Shown here: in pieces, positions 60,592-64,000 of the stretch | Numbering within the stretch: position 1 is the stretch's first letter | Layout of the letters: each line of letters opens with the position of its first letter | NCBI GenBank assembly: GCA_964529095.1 | Contig: CAZGVK010000071.1 | Coordinates: 3,607-67,606 of the forward strand | From: an uncultured Elusimicrobia bacterium | GTDB lineage: Bacteria > Elusimicrobiota > Elusimicrobia > UBA1565 > UBA9628 | Reading direction: 5' to 3' | DNA: 64,000 nt | The notes under the pieces: model-generated | Told to the model about the DNA's origin: nothing | The model's database searches: none | The model's input: the letters and a program-made list of their open reading frames with translations, nothing else | Position numbers and translations under genes: made by a program

Positions 60592-61350
60592 CTACAGAAA
60601 GATTCTGCCGTTGTCGCCCTGCTTGACCCTGACGGCCAGGCATATCCTCTCTCCGAAAATTCCGCAGGTCACACCCGCGACGCCGCCCTTTACAAGGATG
60701 TCCTGCTTGAGCGGGTAGGCCAAGAGGTCGGCGACCTGGAGGCCCGCGATGTTCTCTGCCTTCTTTTTCAGCTTGAGTTCGCGGGACGTGAAGGCTTCCT
60801 GGAAAGCGGCGGCGCTGACGTGATAGAGCCCAGACTCGACGACCTCCCTATGAACGCGCTTGAGTTCCATATCCTCGGCTCCGCCCCGACTTTCCGCCAT
60901 CACATCCCCACGACTGCCATCTTCGCTGAGAAACTCTCGGTATCGCTCCAGCAGCACGGTCAGGCAATGATGGTAGGGATGGAGAGCGGCCTTGCCGTAG
61001 CGCTCGCTATGAGCCATTTTATCGATCACGATGGTAAAAATCCGATAATCCTGCGCGGCAAGAAACGCGACCAAATCCGAAGCGAACGCCTCATCCCGTT
61101 TCGGATCAGCCAAGACCCCGAAAGCTCCGTTGCGATTGATCAACTCCTTGCGGTGGAAGATGATCGGCTCATCGGGATTGTGCGGGAAATGCTCCTGCTT
61201 CAAGTTTTCAACGTCGGGATGGAACCGAGTTCGGTACGACTCCATTTCAATCGCAACACCGGTCAGCCCCAGGTATCTCTTGGCCGGGTTGCCGAGATTG
61301 TGGTAGGTGTGGTCGCCGGACTCATCGATATAGAGGCGGAATCTTTTCAT
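60592..61350 (-). CDS. DUF3800-family protein
   Basis: The N-terminal LYIDESGD motif is characteristic of DUF3800. 252 aa. It lies in a locally lower-GC segment. Confidence 0.6.
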   Translation of the reverse strand: MKRFRLYIDESGDHTYHNLGNPAKRYLGLTGVAIEMESYRTRFHPDVENLKQEHFPHNPDEPIIFHRKELINRNGAFGVLADPKRDEAFASDLVAFLAAQDYRIFTIVIDKMAHSERYGKAALHPYHHCLTVLLERYREFLSEDGSRGDVMAESRGGAEDMELKRVHREVVESGLYHVSAAAFQEAFTSRELKLKKKAENIAGLQVADLLAYPLKQDILVKGGVAGVTCGIFGERICLAVRVKQGDNGRIFL

Positions 61351-61446
61351 CGGGGCTTCGGCGACATTGGATTATACTGCATGAGGGCCCGTCGTCGCCT
61401 GGATGATCGCATGCTCACAAAGGTGTTGACATTATATTCAATATAA

Positions 61447-62097
61447 TTGCACAATACAACGATAATGAACTATGTTCTGAACCGGGAAGAGTATATCCAT
61501 CGGCCGGTCAAGACTTACGGCCAGGCCTACAACAACTCCGGGCTATCCCAGCCCCGCGAGGAGTTCCTCGCCGAAACCTCGGACTTCATTAAGATATTCC
61601 GACACCTCCACCGATTCGCCATAACGCGCCGCACCCTCCAACTCTACAGCTCCCCTCAGCTCAAGCTCCTGCCCCGACCCATCCACATGGGCGGGCACAA
61701 GTCCTACTACGCGAACCCCGAGCACACGGATCGCCTAGCCGTGGTCATGCACCTTGCGACCAAACTCTTCTTACCACTCAAGACGATCCAGGCCGTGGTC
61801 CGCGTCTATCCCGAGGAGTACTACGATCTGATTCTCGATGGCGTCTTTGCCGCGAACGACCTGGCCGAAATCGCGGAGCATTTCGTGCGCGGCTTCAAGG
61901 TCAAAGACGTTCTCTTCTACAAGGTTTGCCACGTCCTGAAGGCGTTGGACCGACCCTATTGGGGCATGGCCCGGCACGGAAAGGGGGCCAACGAGCAAGC
62001 CGAGCAGCACGTAGACCAAACACTCCTCAAACTGACGCATGAACTTAGACGCTGGATCAAGACGGATAATCGCCTTAAAATGGGTCTTCAGAAGTAG
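61447..62097 (+). CDS. Hypothetical protein (216 aa), divergently transcribed from the DUF3800 gene
   Basis: Clean ORF with coding-like composition and no recognisable motif. The start may be the ATG at 61465 (MNYVLN) rather than the TTG at 61447. The upstream region is AT-rich and contains TTGACA. Confidence 0.45.
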   Translation: MHNTTIMNYVLNREEYIHRPVKTYGQAYNNSGLSQPREEFLAETSDFIKIFRHLHRFAITRRTLQLYSSPQLKLLPRPIHMGGHKSYYANPEHTDRLAVVMHLATKLFLPLKTIQAVVRVYPEEYYDLILDGVFAANDLAEIAEHFVRGFKVKDVLFYKVCHVLKALDRPYWGMARHGKGANEQAEQHVDQTLLKLTHELRRWIKTDNRLKMGLQK

Positions 62098-62414
62098 CCG
62101 GGGCGTTTTTTTGAACAGCATTATTCAATTCTATTGAATAATTATACCTGTGAATAACATGGATCACCCCGCCCCCAATCGCTTGGACAACGCTGCGCGT
62201 TGCCCACAGGTCCACAAGGCCGACGATGAATTTATTTTTGAGCAGAAAAACGACCAAGGACCGGCCAAGGCCGGAACACTCGGAGGTATGCTAAACTAAA
62301 AAAAATCCGGCGTCGCCACACCCTGATCGGCTTGGTCCGACAGGATAATCGGCTTCGACCGTCAACTTGATCGGCTTGACCGAAATCCGCCAGATTGAGC
62401 CAGATTGGGACGCC

Positions 62415-63060
62415 TCACCCGGCCCTCTTCAGATGCCACCGTGCGCCGCGCGCTCGCCCCTTAAGTTCCACAAGCTTCAAGCGTCGGAGTAGATAGAGGT
62501 CTTCGCGGAGACTTCTCGCCGTCGCGCCCGGCTTCAGCAAGGGGAGCATTTCAGCCAACCGGAGCGCGCCAGCCGAGGCGAGTACGTCAAGCAGCTCGCG
62601 TTGCCGGTCCGTAAGGTCATGGCCGATCCTGGTGGGAGGCTGATAGCGGGTCGCGCGGAAGCGGACGATGACCGCTCCCGCGATCTCCTTGATCTCCGGT
62701 CGCGGAAGGCCAGCGCGATCCATCATCTCAGCCATCTTGATCGTGCCGCAGCCCCACGTCTCAATGATTCCGCGCCGGTAGAAAACGCCCGCGATGATGG
62801 GGTTCCAAGGCAAGGATTCGTGCGGCTTGTAGAGGTCCGGGACCGTGAGGCCGAAGTGCAGTGAGCCGGATGAGCTGATCTCCAAGCGGTCATCGTAGAT
62901 CGCGACACCGACCGAACCGCCGCCGATGGAGTAGTCCCGGTGGCAGAAGGCGTTCGCGAGGCCTCGCGAAGAGCGAGCGGAGGGTAGAGCGGGTCATCCT
63001 CGCGTTCGAATAGATTCGGGACCACGCGTCCGGCCACGGGGAGGTGATCCCGGAAGAAGC
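62415..63060 (-). pseudogene. Frameshifted fragment of an ATP-binding / wHTH regulator (AlbA_2 / HATPase_c_4 'RecG C-terminal-like' family)
   Basis: Two overlapping minus-strand frames (62415..62885 and 62723..63109). The C-terminal IETWGCGTIKM and LTDRQRELLDVLASAG wHTH region is typical of this family. The N-terminal AAA/ATPase part is absent. Confidence 0.45.
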
Positions 63061-63355
63061 GTTCGGCTCTTACAAGAAGGTCGAATGCGTTTCCATTCCA
63101 GGACCGCAACTTCCCAAGTTCATGATGATTTTATCCGCGCACCTCCCGGCTAAGACATCCAATGCTCCAGACAAACCCAGCCAACTCGCACGACACAGCT
63201 ACAACCGCCTTTTGACGCGGCTTGCCACGGCTCACCAGCTTGCGAAACTTCCGACACAGCCTCTCCTGCGCTCGCCGTGCCGTACCTACCGCTTCAGACG
63301 ATTGCCCTTCCCGTCTTTTACTCAGCGCCACTCCCGTCCGATCCGGCAACCCATA

Positions 63356-63766
63356 CTACCACGCTGCCTCAACCAGGGCCCGGCGAAGGTGTGCGTTGCC
63401 AACCTTTGTGATTCGTCCTCGCTGCACACTCTCGCCAGAGCTGTACTCACGGCTCACCAAGCCCGTGTAGCCCACGAATTTACGGGCTGACGGGAAGCGT
63501 CGGAAGTCGCGAACCTCAACTGCCAATATCACCGCACTCAACGTGTCCACGCCCTTGAGGCAGCGCAGATTGGCCACCAGTGTTTTCCAGGAGGTCTTCT
63601 CGGCCAAAGCCAAGATCTCGAGATCGAGACCCACCATGCGTGCCTCGATCTCTTCCATGCCGCGCAGATACGATTCGAACGTCCGCGTCTCCGACGCCAA
63701 TTCGAAGCGCAACGCCTTCATCCACGCCCGATGCTTGACGCCCCACGCCTTCGTCGCACGCCACAC
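63356..63766 (-). mobile_element. IS110-family transposase fragment (C-terminal Transposase_20 region), degenerate
   Basis: GVDTLSAVILAVEVRDFRRFPSARKFVGYTGLVSREYSSGESVQRGRITKVGNAHLRRAL is typical of the IS110/IS902 transposase C-terminal domain. It is truncated, and the flanking frames are broken. Confidence 0.6.
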
Positions 63767-64000
63767 CAGACCATGTCTTAGGAGAAATTGCCCCAGACGC
63801 AGTCGCGAACGTAGCCGTTCACTCAGCGCGTCCTCTAGTCAAGAAGATGGCGAGATGGTGGTTCTGCACCCGCACTGCTGCACCCCTGGCAAGAATGTAC
63901 AGTATCTTGTACACTATGGGCATGACTAGAATCGCTCCCGTTTCCTATGTGCGGGCACATCTGCCCGAGATGGTCGCTTCGCTTGGTAAAAAGAGGGGTG

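Overview
This 64-kb window is a chromosomal segment from a high-GC (roughly 60-65%) diderm bacterium. The diderm call rests on the leuS-lptE-holA and tmk-holB...metG housekeeping synteny, a psd-pssA pair, and many prepilin-type proteins. The phylum cannot be assigned from sequence alone.

Most of the window is densely packed housekeeping genes: metH, fbaB, purB, acnA, metG, leuS, alaS, aroG-type DAHP synthase, rpsT, tmk, holA, holB, uvrC-like, rlmI, a DEAD-box helicase, an FKBP-type isomerase, and two tRNAs (Leu-UAA, Phe-GAA). The non-housekeeping content worth attention is:

- A signal-peptide-bearing 2121-aa protein that fuses an N-terminal M48 (BepA/HtpX-like) zinc-metalloprotease domain to a C-terminal ABC1/UbiB-type atypical kinase domain.
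- An operon of a secreted catalase-related haem protein and a TPR Ser/Thr kinase whose kinase domain is C-terminal to the transmembrane segment (the reverse of the usual bacterial layout).
- A membrane histidine kinase divergent from three prepilin-type genes, one encoding an 876-aa pilin-like protein.
- An integration hotspot at the 3' end of the window. A tyrosine integrase and an AbiEi/AbiEii abortive-infection pair sit next to tRNA-Phe, bounded by 137-bp direct repeats. Beyond that lie a DUF3800 gene, a divergently transcribed unknown 216-aa gene, a candidate convergent small RNA with a consensus sigma70 promoter and intrinsic terminator, iteron-like repeats, a frameshifted ATP-binding/wHTH regulator pseudogene, and an IS110 transposase remnant.

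No CRISPR arrays or rRNA genes were seen. Many long antisense ORFs in the six-frame track are high-GC artefacts and were rejected.
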